This document shows positions 1 through 9,575 of a DNA stretch of 64,000 nt, piece by piece. A model generated the notes under the pieces. It was given only the letters and a program-made list of their open reading frames with translations, searched no databases and was not told the origin of the DNA. Position 1 is the stretch's first letter; every line of letters begins with the position of its first letter. Position numbers and translations under genes: made by a program. Source of the DNA: Bacteroidales bacterium (GTDB lineage: Bacteria; Bacteroidota; Bacteroidia; Bacteroidales; UBA10428); assembly GCA_016935615.1 (NCBI GenBank), contig JAFGQO010000052.1, forward strand, positions 30,175 through 94,174, read 5' to 3'.

Positions 1-201
1 GAACTGGCAATGGAAGGCCATAGGTTTTTCGATCTAGTAAGATGGGGCCTGGCCGACGATTTCATCAGCAATACCGAATTGGCTGTATACCCCGGATTTA
101 TAGTTGATTTTGAAGTCGGAAAGCATGAATTTTTTCCGATCCCTTTAACGGAGATCCAATTGAGTGCCGGAGCTCTTGAACAATATCCGGGATGGCAATA
201 G
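1..201 (+). CDS. SusD/RagB-family nutrient-binding outer-membrane lipoprotein, C-terminal fragment (5' end outside the window)
   Basis: Frame 1 is open from base 1. ELAMEGHRFFDLVRWG is the conserved C-terminal SusD/RagB signature. TAG stop at 199-201. Confidence 0.7.
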   Translation, partial: ELAMEGHRFFDLVRWGLADDFISNTELAVYPGFIVDFEVGKHEFFPIPLTEIQLSAGALEQYPGWQ

Positions 202-230
202 AAACAAATCCTTTATAATACAAATAACCC

Positions 231-263
231 GGGTGCCCTGTTTTATTATGGGCACCCTTTTTT
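231..263 (+). terminator. Rho-independent terminator after the SusD-like gene
   Basis: GGGTGCCC (231-238) pairs with GGGCACCC (250-257) as an 8-bp GC-rich stem, followed directly by T6 (258-263). Confidence 0.7.
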
Positions 264-425
264 ATTTTTACGCGGCTGATAAATGTTTTTCTTTATATTA
301 TTTGTTCTTGCCGAACTCTCATTCCTATCGTATCAAAACAAACTGATCAATTGAATTGGCATTTTAATACCAGTTTTCATAAATATCAATTAGATTTGAA
401 TTCATCCAAACGATTATTTACAAAA

Positions 426-1637
426 ATGAAAGAACAAAACAAGCTCAATTACCTTGTGGAATTTGCAAACCGACAGCTTTTTACCTATATAATGCCCTTC
501 TGGAGAAAAGATGCTGTTGATCATGAACAGGGAGGATTTTATGCGCATATCAATCACGATATGAGTATTGATCACAACGCTGTGAAAGGATTGATCCTCA
601 ATGCACGTATACTCTGGACGTTTTCAGCAGTGTACAAAAATTTTCAAAATGAACAGGATCAGGAACTGGCTCAACGGGCATACAATTACATAAAAGCCTT
701 TTTTTTCGATACAGCATACAGGGGGTATTTCTGGTCTTTACATCAGGACGGATCTCCTGCAGAAACAAAAAAACAGATCTATGCCCAGGCATTTGTAATA
801 TATGCTCTGAGTGAATATTACAAAGTTACAAATGACTCGAATGTGCTGAATGAAGCCATAGATACATTTCTCCTGATCGAAAAAAAATCATTTGATACAA
901 AAAAGAACGGATATATTGAAGCCTGTACACAAGAGTGGAAAGAAATAGATGATCTGAGACTCAGTCCGAAGGACATGAACGAAAAAAAATCGATGAATAC
1001 GCATCTTCATGTTCTTGAGGCTTATACAAATCTTTATACTGCCTGGAAAGATCCTCTCCTGAAAAAACAACTGGAAAACCTGATCGAAATTTTTCTTCAG
1101 CATATTATAAATCCCGGCGATAATCATCTTGAACTTTTTTTTGATGAAGACTGGAACAGCAAAAGCACTTTATTTTCATACGGACACGATATTGAAGCAA
1201 GCTGGTTATTGCATGAAGCTGCACTTGTAACAAAGAATAAGAGTCTGATCAGGACAGTTGAAGAGGCCAGCCTGAATATTGCACGGGCAGCCGAACCGGG
1301 CATTTACCGGAACAAAGCACTCTTATACGAGGATGACAGATCAGGCAGGCATAAAGATCATGAATTTGAGTGGTGGGCACAGGCAGAAGCTGTTGTCGGT
1401 TTTTTGAATGCTTTTGTAATTGCGGATAAGAATGCATATCTTGATTATGCATTTTCCATTGCTCATTTTATTGAAGAGCATTTTGTAGATAAAAAGCATG
1501 GCGAATGGTTTTTCCGTGTTGATCTGGAAGGAAAACCAATAACAAGCCATGAAAAAGCAGGATTCTGGAAATGTCCTTATCACAATGCCAGAGCCTGTCT
1601 TGAAATACTGCACAGAATAAAAAAACTTAAATCATAG
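426..1637 (+). CDS. N-acylglucosamine 2-epimerase (AGE) superfamily protein, cellobiose/mannobiose 2-epimerase-like
   Basis: The track ORF 351..1637 begins at a TTG; the first ATG (MKEQNK...) at 426 is preferred. Length and sequence are AGE-family-like (GGFYAHINHDM, GFWKCPYHNARACLE). It lies directly upstream of a GH2 beta-mannosidase. Confidence 0.65.
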   Translation: MKEQNKLNYLVEFANRQLFTYIMPFWRKDAVDHEQGGFYAHINHDMSIDHNAVKGLILNARILWTFSAVYKNFQNEQDQELAQRAYNYIKAFFFDTAYRGYFWSLHQDGSPAETKKQIYAQAFVIYALSEYYKVTNDSNVLNEAIDTFLLIEKKSFDTKKNGYIEACTQEWKEIDDLRLSPKDMNEKKSMNTHLHVLEAYTNLYTAWKDPLLKKQLENLIEIFLQHIINPGDNHLELFFDEDWNSKSTLFSYGHDIEASWLLHEAALVTKNKSLIRTVEEASLNIARAAEPGIYRNKALLYEDDRSGRHKDHEFEWWAQAEAVVGFLNAFVIADKNAYLDYAFSIAHFIEEHFVDKKHGEWFFRVDLEGKPITSHEKAGFWKCPYHNARACLEILHRIKKLKS

Positions 1638-1648
1638 AACCTACGAAA

Positions 1649-4258
1649 ATGAAAAAAATTGAGTTCGTCTGCATTGCTTTAATCATAGTGAGTGCAACAC
1701 TTGTGCACTCCTGTGATAAAATGAATCCTCACGATGTAAAAACAATCATCAATTTAAACAAGGACTGGAATTTTCAAATGAAAGGAGACACCTCCTGGTT
1801 ACCCGCTGAAGTGCCCGGTTGCGTTCATACCGACCTCATATATAACAAAAAAATAAATGACCCGTTTTACAGGAACAATGAAAAAGATTTGCAATGGATC
1901 GATAAGGAAGACTGGATCTACTCATGCAACTTTATACTGGATCATAACCAGATCAATAAGAAACAAATCTACCTTTTATTTGAAGGTCTTGATACGTATG
2001 CAAAAGTATTCCTGAATGACCAGTTAATCCTCGAAACTGACAATATGTTCCGTACGTGGCGAAAAGATGTCAAAGAGTATGTGGTTGAAGGTAAAAATCA
2101 TCTTAGAATCGAATTCTGTTCCGCTATTGATATTGGCCTGGAAAAACTAAATAAACTGGGTTACGGACTTCCTGCAGTTAATGATCAATCTGAAATCGGA
2201 GGCCTGGAAAATAAAAAAGTGAGTGTTTTCACAAGAAAGGCACCTTATCATTTTGGATGGGACTGGGGACCTAGATTTGTTACTTCAGGGATATGGAGAC
2301 CTGTAAAACTTATTCTTACAAATCATTCCGAAATACAAACTGTTCATTTTAAACAGGTTTACGTTTCAAAAGAGGAAGCGAATGTTGATGCCCTGGTAGT
2401 AATTCATGCCACCAAACCGGGCAGATATAAAATAGACATTGAATCCGGAAATAATAGATCGTTTATGACTTCATCATTCAGTTTTGAAGAAGGCATTCAT
2501 GAAGTTATGCTGCCATTTCTGATTAAAGATCCTGAATTGTGGTGGCCAAACGGAATGGGCAAACAATATCTGTACACATTCAAAACAATTCTCTCAAAAA
2601 ATGATACCATAATTGATACTTTGTCCAATAAAATAGGTTTGCGTGAAATTGAACTTGTCAGAGAGCCTGATTCCCTTGGCAAAAGCTTTTATTTCAGAGT
2701 GAATGGTAAGAATGTCTTTGCCAAGGGAGCAAATTATATCCCAAATGACAATTTTCTCAGCAGAGTTACAAAAGACAAATACGAAAATATAATCGGCTCT
2801 GCTGCTGAAGCGAACATGAACATGATACGTGTATGGGGTGGTGGAATTTATGAAAATGATATTTTCTACGACCTGTGTGATAAATACGGACTTATGATCT
2901 GGCAGGACTTTGTGTTTGCCTGCAGCATGTATCCCGGAGATGATGATTTTCTGGAAAATGTGAGACAGGAAGCCATTGACAATGTCAAACGGTTACGCAA
3001 TCATGCTTCCCTGGCTCTGTGGTGCGGAAACAACGAGATAGATGCCGCATGGTGCGAAGGAGTTCCTAATTGTGGCTGGCACTGGAAAGAAAAATATTCG
3101 GAAAAACAACGAAAGGAGATCTGGCACAGTTATGATACTCTTTTTCATAAAATACTACCTAAAGTAGTTGAGCTTTATGATGGTATCCTTGCTTACTGGC
3201 CTTCCTCTCCGCAGGCAGACTGGGGTGTTCATGCCAGCTACGAAAGTACTTCAGGCGATCAGCACTTCTGGGGGGTCTGGCACGGAAAATTACCGTTCAG
3301 TGCATTTTATGATCACGTGGGTCGGTTTATGAGTGAATATGGATTTCAATCTTTCCCTTCAATGACCAGTATTAAGAAGTTTACAAAACCCGAAGACCGG
3401 GATATTGAATCAGATGTTATGCTTTCACACCAACGAAGTGGAAAAGGCAATGCGCTGATTGTGAAGTATATGGAAGACCTGTACCCTGTGCCGGAAGAAT
3501 TTAATAAACTTTTGTACCTGGGTCAGGTATTGCAGGCTGAAGGCATTAAGCAGGCAATACATGCTCACAGAGCACACAAACCCTATTGTATGGGTACCTT
3601 ATATTGGCAACTTAATGATTGCTGGCCCGCAGCATCGTGGTCCAGTATTGATTATTACTTATCATGGAAAGCCTTGCATTATTATGTAAAAAAAGCTTTT
3701 CAACCCGTTATCATTGCTTTCATCCCGGATAATAAAAATGTTATCATTTCAGTGAGTAATGACAATTATGAAAAAGAGGCTGTTATACTTAGCTACAGAA
3801 TCAGAAATTTTAAAGGGGAAATTCTTGAAGAGAACGCAGTTGAATCAGAACTTGCCCCGGAAAAATCAATCATTGCGGCAACAATTGCCAAGAAGTCCAT
3901 TGCTGATCATTTTAACTTACGGGATATCTTTCTCGAAGCCCGATTGCTTAAGAATGACAAAGTCATTGCACAAGAGTTGTATTTTTTTGAAGTGCCAAAG
4001 AATTTGAACTTGCCAGAATCCAACATTGATTGTACTGTTCATAAAAAAGGAGAAACCATTCATGTTGAATTGAAAAGCAATCAACTGGTCCGTAATCTCT
4101 TCCTGTATTATGAGAATGAGGACATACATTTCTCAGACAATTATTTCAACCTGCTGCCAGGTGAAAAAGTAATTGTAAGTTGCTTTGTTAATAAGGATAC
4201 TGAACTTGATGTGAACAAACTGAAAATGATCTCACTGAATGATATTTTAAACCCGTAA
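1649..4258 (+). CDS. Glycoside hydrolase family 2 beta-mannosidase (secreted/lipoprotein)
   Basis: 869 aa with an N-terminal signal/lipobox-like sequence (VHSCDK). The GH2 beta-mannosidase-like N-terminus (W..AEVPGCVHTDL, DPFYRNNE) and catalytic-region motifs (WCGNNE, MSEYGFQSFP) are present. Confidence 0.8.
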   Translation: MKKIEFVCIALIIVSATLVHSCDKMNPHDVKTIINLNKDWNFQMKGDTSWLPAEVPGCVHTDLIYNKKINDPFYRNNEKDLQWIDKEDWIYSCNFILDHNQINKKQIYLLFEGLDTYAKVFLNDQLILETDNMFRTWRKDVKEYVVEGKNHLRIEFCSAIDIGLEKLNKLGYGLPAVNDQSEIGGLENKKVSVFTRKAPYHFGWDWGPRFVTSGIWRPVKLILTNHSEIQTVHFKQVYVSKEEANVDALVVIHATKPGRYKIDIESGNNRSFMTSSFSFEEGIHEVMLPFLIKDPELWWPNGMGKQYLYTFKTILSKNDTIIDTLSNKIGLREIELVREPDSLGKSFYFRVNGKNVFAKGANYIPNDNFLSRVTKDKYENIIGSAAEANMNMIRVWGGGIYENDIFYDLCDKYGLMIWQDFVFACSMYPGDDDFLENVRQEAIDNVKRLRNHASLALWCGNNEIDAAWCEGVPNCGWHWKEKYSEKQRKEIWHSYDTLFHKILPKVVELYDGILAYWPSSPQADWGVHASYESTSGDQHFWGVWHGKLPFSAFYDHVGRFMSEYGFQSFPSMTSIKKFTKPEDRDIESDVMLSHQRSGKGNALIVKYMEDLYPVPEEFNKLLYLGQVLQAEGIKQAIHAHRAHKPYCMGTLYWQLNDCWPAASWSSIDYYLSWKALHYYVKKAFQPVIIAFIPDNKNVIISVSNDNYEKEAVILSYRIRNFKGEILEENAVESELAPEKSIIAATIAKKSIADHFNLRDIFLEARLLKNDKVIAQELYFFEVPKNLNLPESNIDCTVHKKGETIHVELKSNQLVRNLFLYYENEDIHFSDNYFNLLPGEKVIVSCFVNKDTELDVNKLKMISLNDILNP

Positions 4259-4270
4259 TTCGTTTTACCA

Positions 4271-5416
4271 ATGAGAAACTTTCTGAAAGTATTGCCTGTC
4301 TTCGTTGCTTTTTACTGTATGGGATTTGTCGATATTGTCGGAACAGCCGTTAATTATGCTTCCAAAGATTTTGAACTGACGGAATCGACCATGCAGTTTC
4401 TTACCTCAATGATCTTTATCTGGTTCTTTATCTTTTCCATTCCCACAGGTATATTACAGGATAAATTCGGTAAAAAGACCATGGTAATTGCCTCCTTACT
4501 GGTTACTACTTTCGCCATGTTGGTCCCATTTATAATTTATAACTACTATATTCTTATGATCGGTCTGGCACTGATGGGTATCGGCAATACAGTTATTCAG
4601 GTATCACTCAATCCGCTCTTGTATGAAGTATCTTCAAAGGGAAGTTATTCAAGCAATATGTCCCTCTGCCAGTTTATCAAAGCCATTGCTGCATTTCTGG
4701 GCCCTATAATTGCAGTTTTCTTTGTAAGGATATGTGGAGACTGGAAATTTATTTTTATTGTATATGGTTGCCTTTCAATATTGTCCGGAATATGGCTTTA
4801 CTTTACTCCCATTGCAGAAAGTCATAAAAAAGAACAACCTGCAAGTTTCAGTTCAAGTTTTAAGTTGTTTGGCAATATTTACATTTCGCTTATGGTGATT
4901 GGTATTTTTATTGTGGTCGGTCTTGACGTAGGAATGAATACCGGTATTCCCAGTTTGCTGAAGCAATTTAACCTTACGCATGAAGAAGCGATCAAAGGAA
5001 TCAGCTTGTATTTCATTGCATTGATGGCTTCCAGGTTCCTGGGAGCAATTCTGTTAAAAAAGCTTTCTGCCTCTTATTTTCTATTGATCTCGGCAATTGT
5101 TACACTGGCCGGATTGCTCCTGCTGATATTGAGTACTACAGCTTTATTGGCAGGTATTGGAATTGTTATAACTGCAGCTGGTTCTGCAAATATTTTCCCG
5201 CTTATTTTTTCTTTGAGCATCGAAAAATATCCCGGGCAATCAAACGGGATCTCTGCATTAATGATAATGGCAATTTCAGGTGGTGCAGTATTCCCGTTAC
5301 TAATGGGTATCTTTACAGAAAATTTCAATGTCAGAACCGGTATTGTATTTCTCTTTATTATTTCTGTTTATCTTGGTTTTATAAGTATCTGGAATTTGGT
5401 AAAAAGCAGATCTTAA
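4271..5416 (+). CDS. MFS sugar transporter (FucP/glucose-galactose transporter-like)
   Basis: 381 aa, about 12 hydrophobic segments, tightly spaced after the mannosidase gene. Confidence 0.7.
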   Translation: MRNFLKVLPVFVAFYCMGFVDIVGTAVNYASKDFELTESTMQFLTSMIFIWFFIFSIPTGILQDKFGKKTMVIASLLVTTFAMLVPFIIYNYYILMIGLALMGIGNTVIQVSLNPLLYEVSSKGSYSSNMSLCQFIKAIAAFLGPIIAVFFVRICGDWKFIFIVYGCLSILSGIWLYFTPIAESHKKEQPASFSSSFKLFGNIYISLMVIGIFIVVGLDVGMNTGIPSLLKQFNLTHEEAIKGISLYFIALMASRFLGAILLKKLSASYFLLISAIVTLAGLLLLILSTTALLAGIGIVITAAGSANIFPLIFSLSIEKYPGQSNGISALMIMAISGGAVFPLLMGIFTENFNVRTGIVFLFIISVYLGFISIWNLVKSRS

Positions 5417-5530
5417 TCCGGGTTTGATATAAGGATTAAGGAATCTTCCGGGAAGATGCAGTCTAAGTATCGCAGACAGACTTCCTGGAAATAACCAGCA
5501 GTATCCGCCAGATTCTTCTTTTCATATTAG

Positions 5531-5680
5531 GGATTGTCTCAAAAGGTAAATATTTTAATATAGCCACAAAGGCTCGAAGGCTCAAAGAATTCACAAAACT
5601 CTGATATTCAATTATATATAACTTTATGAGCATTTCATGAATTAGTGCCTTGGTGGCGAATTTTCAACTTTCAGGACAGC
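5531..5680. repeat. MITE-like intergenic element, sibling of the element at 7009-7254
   Basis: Starts with TTGTCTCAAAAGGTAAAT, compared with TTGTCTAAAAAGTAAAT at 7019. Internal inverted repeat GCCACAAAGGC (about 5563) / GCCTTGGTGGC (about 5647). CACAAA/CAAAG-rich core. Confidence 0.4.
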
Positions 5681-5978
5681 ATTTTTTAACCGATCTTGTT
5701 ATGATTTGTCAAATCCGCCAAACTGTTCAGATGATTTTACCTTGCATGCAACAAAAATACAGGTATATTTTTAATAAATAGCCTTGTTTTAATTAATACA
5801 CATTATTGTCACTACCCTACATATTAATAGGGGTATTGTATATATTTATTATATTTTTTGATGTATACCCTTATTTTTTTGATAGTTATTAACATAATAA
5901 TACATTTTTTTGTTTTTTCTTAATATATTTGCCATTAGAAAAGAAAGCGTTCAATCATTAACTTTTAATAGCTATAAT

Positions 5979-6989
5979 ATGAAAGCAAAACTCGAATACA
6001 TTTGGCTGGATGGCTACAGGCCAACACAGACCATGCGCAGCAAAACACTTGTTGTCTCAGATTTTAATGGCAAACTTGATGGTTGCCCGATCTGGTCATT
6101 CGATGGATCATCAACAAAACAAGCTGCCGGCAACAATTCCGATTGTTTATTGAAACCGGTTGCACTGTTTTCCGATCCTGCCAGAAAAGACGGATGGTTT
6201 GTTATGACAGAAGTATTGAATGCCGACGGTACTCCGCATCCTTCAAACGGAAGGGCTACAATTGATGATGACGATGATGATTTTTGGTTTGGTTTTGAAC
6301 AGGAGTATGTTTTATGGGATCTTGATCATCATACACCGCTTGGTTTCCCTGCTCCGGGTTATTATCCTCCTCCACAGGGACCTTTTTATTGTTCTGTGGG
6401 TGCCGAGTACAATATTGGCAGGAATATCGTGGAAGAACATCTTGATAATTGCATACATGCCGGCATTAATATCGAAGGAATCAATGCTGAAGTCATGAAA
6501 GGACAGTGGGAGTATCAGATCTTTGCAAAAGGAGCAAAAGCAGCCGGTGATCAAACGTGGGTTGCACGCTATATTGCAGAGCGGGTTGGAGAAAAATACG
6601 GTGTTCGCATAAATCTTCATCCAAAACCGGTAGATGGCGACTGGAATGGTTCGGGCATGCATGCCAATTTTTCTAACGGAGCGATGAGAAACGCGGGGAA
6701 CAAAGAGACTTTCGAGAAAATCTGTAAAGAATTTGAAAAACATATACCGGAACACATCGCTGTTTACGGAGCCGACAATGACAAAAGATTAACAGGCCTT
6801 CATGAAACACAATCGATAGACAAATTTAGCTTCGGAGTTTCTGACAGAGGTGCTTCAATCCGTATTCCTGTCAGCACGGTTGAAAACGGATGGAAAGGAA
6901 GACTGGAAGACAGGAGACCAGCTTCAAATGCTGATCCGTACAAAGTGGCTTCAGTCATTATTAAGACAACAAAGAAGGCTTTAAAATAA
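5979..6989 (+). CDS. Glutamine synthetase, short type II-like form (about 336 aa)
   Basis: MKAKLEYIWLDG start at the ATG at 5979 (the track ORF begins upstream at 5910). GS motifs are FGFEQEY, NGSGMHANFS and SIRIP..... TAA stop at 6987-6989. Confidence 0.75.
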   Translation: MKAKLEYIWLDGYRPTQTMRSKTLVVSDFNGKLDGCPIWSFDGSSTKQAAGNNSDCLLKPVALFSDPARKDGWFVMTEVLNADGTPHPSNGRATIDDDDDDFWFGFEQEYVLWDLDHHTPLGFPAPGYYPPPQGPFYCSVGAEYNIGRNIVEEHLDNCIHAGINIEGINAEVMKGQWEYQIFAKGAKAAGDQTWVARYIAERVGEKYGVRINLHPKPVDGDWNGSGMHANFSNGAMRNAGNKETFEKICKEFEKHIPEHIAVYGADNDKRLTGLHETQSIDKFSFGVSDRGASIRIPVSTVENGWKGRLEDRRPASNADPYKVASVIIKTTKKALK

Positions 6990-7008
6990 TCAGAAATTCT
7001 CTGAGAAC

Positions 7009-7254
7009 AAAAAAGAGGTTGTCTAAAAAGTAAATGTAACTATATAAAGAATAAATTTTTACTTTGTGTAACTTCTTGTCTGCTCTGTGAATCTCTGTGT
7101 AACAGTAATTTAAGTTATACAACAGTGCCTCTGCAGAGTAGCTTCAGCGCTCGCGGAAAGTTGCGTAAACCTGCCTGCCAGCCACAGGCTGGTAAACCGG
7201 CCAGGCAGGGAAGACACAAAGCCGCACAAAGACTCTTTGGACAACCTCTTTTTT
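7009..7254. repeat. MITE-like / terminator-embedded element between the two convergent glutamine synthetase genes
   Basis: A perfect 15-nt inverted repeat, AAAAAAGAGGTTGTC (7009-7023) / GACAACCTCTTTTTT (7240-7254), brackets 216 nt. The interior holds CACAGAG/CACAAAG repeats and a GC-rich hairpin block (about 7121-7215). Confidence 0.5.
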
Positions 7255-9443
7255 CATCTGCTGAAAAGCAATTCGCGATATTTTGGTAGAGGCCAGATCT
7301 CATTATCCACAATCTGCTCAAGTTTATCAATATGATAACGAATATCCTCTATAAAAGGAAGGACCGTTAAAGAATACTGATTTGCCTTTTCTCTGGCATT
7401 GATGATAACATTTGCATTTTTTCGTGCTTCAGTCATTTCATTCACCTTAGCTTTGATTGTTGAGATATGTTCAGAAATTGTTAACACCAATTCTTTTCTG
7501 GCAACTGATAAATTCTGAAATTCACTTTGGCCGAATGTTTCTTTTAATCCTTTTATATTATTCATCAATTGAGTCTGGTAATCAATTGCAATCGGAATAA
7601 TCTGGCTTAAAGCAATATCTCCGATCACCCTTGATTCTATCTGAATTTTCTTGGTGAAATTGTCATACCGCACATCGGTTCGCCCCTCAAGTTCCTTCTC
7701 ATTCATGACTTTTTGTGATTTGAACAACCGTTTTGATTTTGTTGAGAGATACGCATCAAGCGATTCAATGACACTGGTAACATTAGTAAGTCCCCTCTTC
7801 GCCGCTTCTTTTTGCCATTCTTCACTATAGCTGTTCCCCTCAAAACGCACATTTTTCGATTCAATGATGTATTTTCTTATTACCTGAAATATTGCCTCAT
7901 CTTTTTTAACTCCTTTATTTATCAATTCATCTATGTCCTTTTTGAACTGAACCAGTTGGTGGGCAACGGCAGTGTTTAACACAGTCATGGGGGCAGCGCA
8001 ATTCACTGAAGCACCAACAGCTCTGAATTCAAAACGGTTGCCTGTGAACGCAAATGGAGAAGTACGATTTCTGTCGGTATTATCAAGTAATATTTCAGGG
8101 ATTTTACCAACGTCTAATTTTAGTTCTGTCTTTTCATCCGGGGTCATTTTTTTAGTTGTAACCCTAACTTCCAATTCATCGAGCATACCGGATATTTTAT
8201 TGCCAACAAACACAGACATGATCATGGGCGGAGCCTCATTTCCTCCCAATCTTAATGCATTTCCTGCTGACACAATACTGGCCCTTAACAAATCCTGATG
8301 AGTATATACTGCTTTTAAGGTGCAAACCAAAAAACTTAAGAATTGCATGTTTGTTTTTGGTTTTTTCCCGGGTGATAAAAGATTCACTCCGGTATTGGTC
8401 ATCAGCGACCAGTTGTTATGTTTTCCTGACCCATTAATTCCTTTGTAAGGCTTTTCATGAAACAACACAATAAAATGATGACGCCTGGCTATTCTTTTCA
8501 TAATATCCATCAGCAGAATATTATGATCAACCGCCAGATTGCATTCTTCAAATACCGGAGCTGCCTCGTATTGATTAGGTGCAACCTCATTGTGTCTGGT
8601 TCGCAAAGGTATTCCAAGCTTATAGGCTTCAATCTCAAATTCTTTCATAAACCCGCTTACACGCTCAGGAATGGATGAAAAATAATGATCATCAAGTTGT
8701 TGATCTTTTTCTGAAGCATGACCCACCAATGTACGATCAGTCATTACAAGATCAGGCCTGGCAAAATATAGTGCCTCATCGACAAGGAAATATTCCTGTT
8801 CAACTCCGAGTGTCGCATAGACTTTTGTAACATTTTTATCAAAATATTCACAAACATCTACAGAGGCTTTATCAATGACAGCCAGTGCCTTTAATAAAGG
8901 GGTTTTATGGTCAAGAGCTTCACCCGTATAGGATACAAATACCGTGGGTATACTTAATGTATTTGCAACAATATATGCCGGAGAGGAAGGATCCCATGCC
9001 GTATAGCCTCTTGCTTCAAAAGTATTACGAATACCACCGCTCGGGAAACTGCTTGCATCCGGTTCCTGTTGTGCCAGATGCTGTCCTGAAAATTTTTCAA
9101 CGACTCCGCCAAATTCCGTATATTCTATAAATGCATCATGTTTCTCAGCCGTGCCATCAGTGAGCGGATGAAACCAGTGAGAAAAATGGGTTGCCCCCAT
9201 TTCAAGCGCCCATGATTTCATGCCGCTGGCAACCTTATCAGCAAGTTTTCTGTCAATTGTATGTCCCTTTTCAATACACTCTGCCACCCCTTCATATGCT
9301 TCCTGTGATAAGTACCGTTGCATTTTAACCTTATCAAAAACATGTATTCCGAAATAATCGGATGTCTTCTTTGACGGAGCCTCTATATAGACCGGTTTTC
9401 TGCTATTTGCATTATGAACTGCCTGAAATCTGATAATAGCCAT
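7254..9443 (-). CDS. glnN: Glutamine synthetase type III (GSIII)
   Basis: 729 aa, the length and N-terminus (FGIHVFDKVKMQRYLS...) typical of Bacteroides-type GSIII. GS catalytic-region motifs are present (EVAPNQYE, NGSGKHNNWS). Confidence 0.85.
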   Translation of the reverse strand: MAIIRFQAVHNANSRKPVYIEAPSKKTSDYFGIHVFDKVKMQRYLSQEAYEGVAECIEKGHTIDRKLADKVASGMKSWALEMGATHFSHWFHPLTDGTAEKHDAFIEYTEFGGVVEKFSGQHLAQQEPDASSFPSGGIRNTFEARGYTAWDPSSPAYIVANTLSIPTVFVSYTGEALDHKTPLLKALAVIDKASVDVCEYFDKNVTKVYATLGVEQEYFLVDEALYFARPDLVMTDRTLVGHASEKDQQLDDHYFSSIPERVSGFMKEFEIEAYKLGIPLRTRHNEVAPNQYEAAPVFEECNLAVDHNILLMDIMKRIARRHHFIVLFHEKPYKGINGSGKHNNWSLMTNTGVNLLSPGKKPKTNMQFLSFLVCTLKAVYTHQDLLRASIVSAGNALRLGGNEAPPMIMSVFVGNKISGMLDELEVRVTTKKMTPDEKTELKLDVGKIPEILLDNTDRNRTSPFAFTGNRFEFRAVGASVNCAAPMTVLNTAVAHQLVQFKKDIDELINKGVKKDEAIFQVIRKYIIESKNVRFEGNSYSEEWQKEAAKRGLTNVTSVIESLDAYLSTKSKRLFKSQKVMNEKELEGRTDVRYDNFTKKIQIESRVIGDIALSQIIPIAIDYQTQLMNNIKGLKETFGQSEFQNLSVARKELVLTISEHISTIKAKVNEMTEARKNANVIINAREKANQYSLTVLPFIEDIRYHIDKLEQIVDNEIWPLPKYRELLFSR

Positions 9444-9575
9444 AAATATTGATTTTAATGTATAAGTATCTTAGCGGCAAAGATAACTTATTATCATATT
9501 GAACCCCTGTTTTTTTAAATAACAGTTCACACAAAATAACAATATTTCAATGCCCCCCCCTAAAAATAAAATAAC

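Noticed and set aside
5443-5457. The palindrome ATCTTCCGGGAAGAT after the MFS transporter gene, considered as a terminator
   Set aside because: There is no usable loop (a perfect palindrome with a 1-nt centre) and no downstream T-tract.
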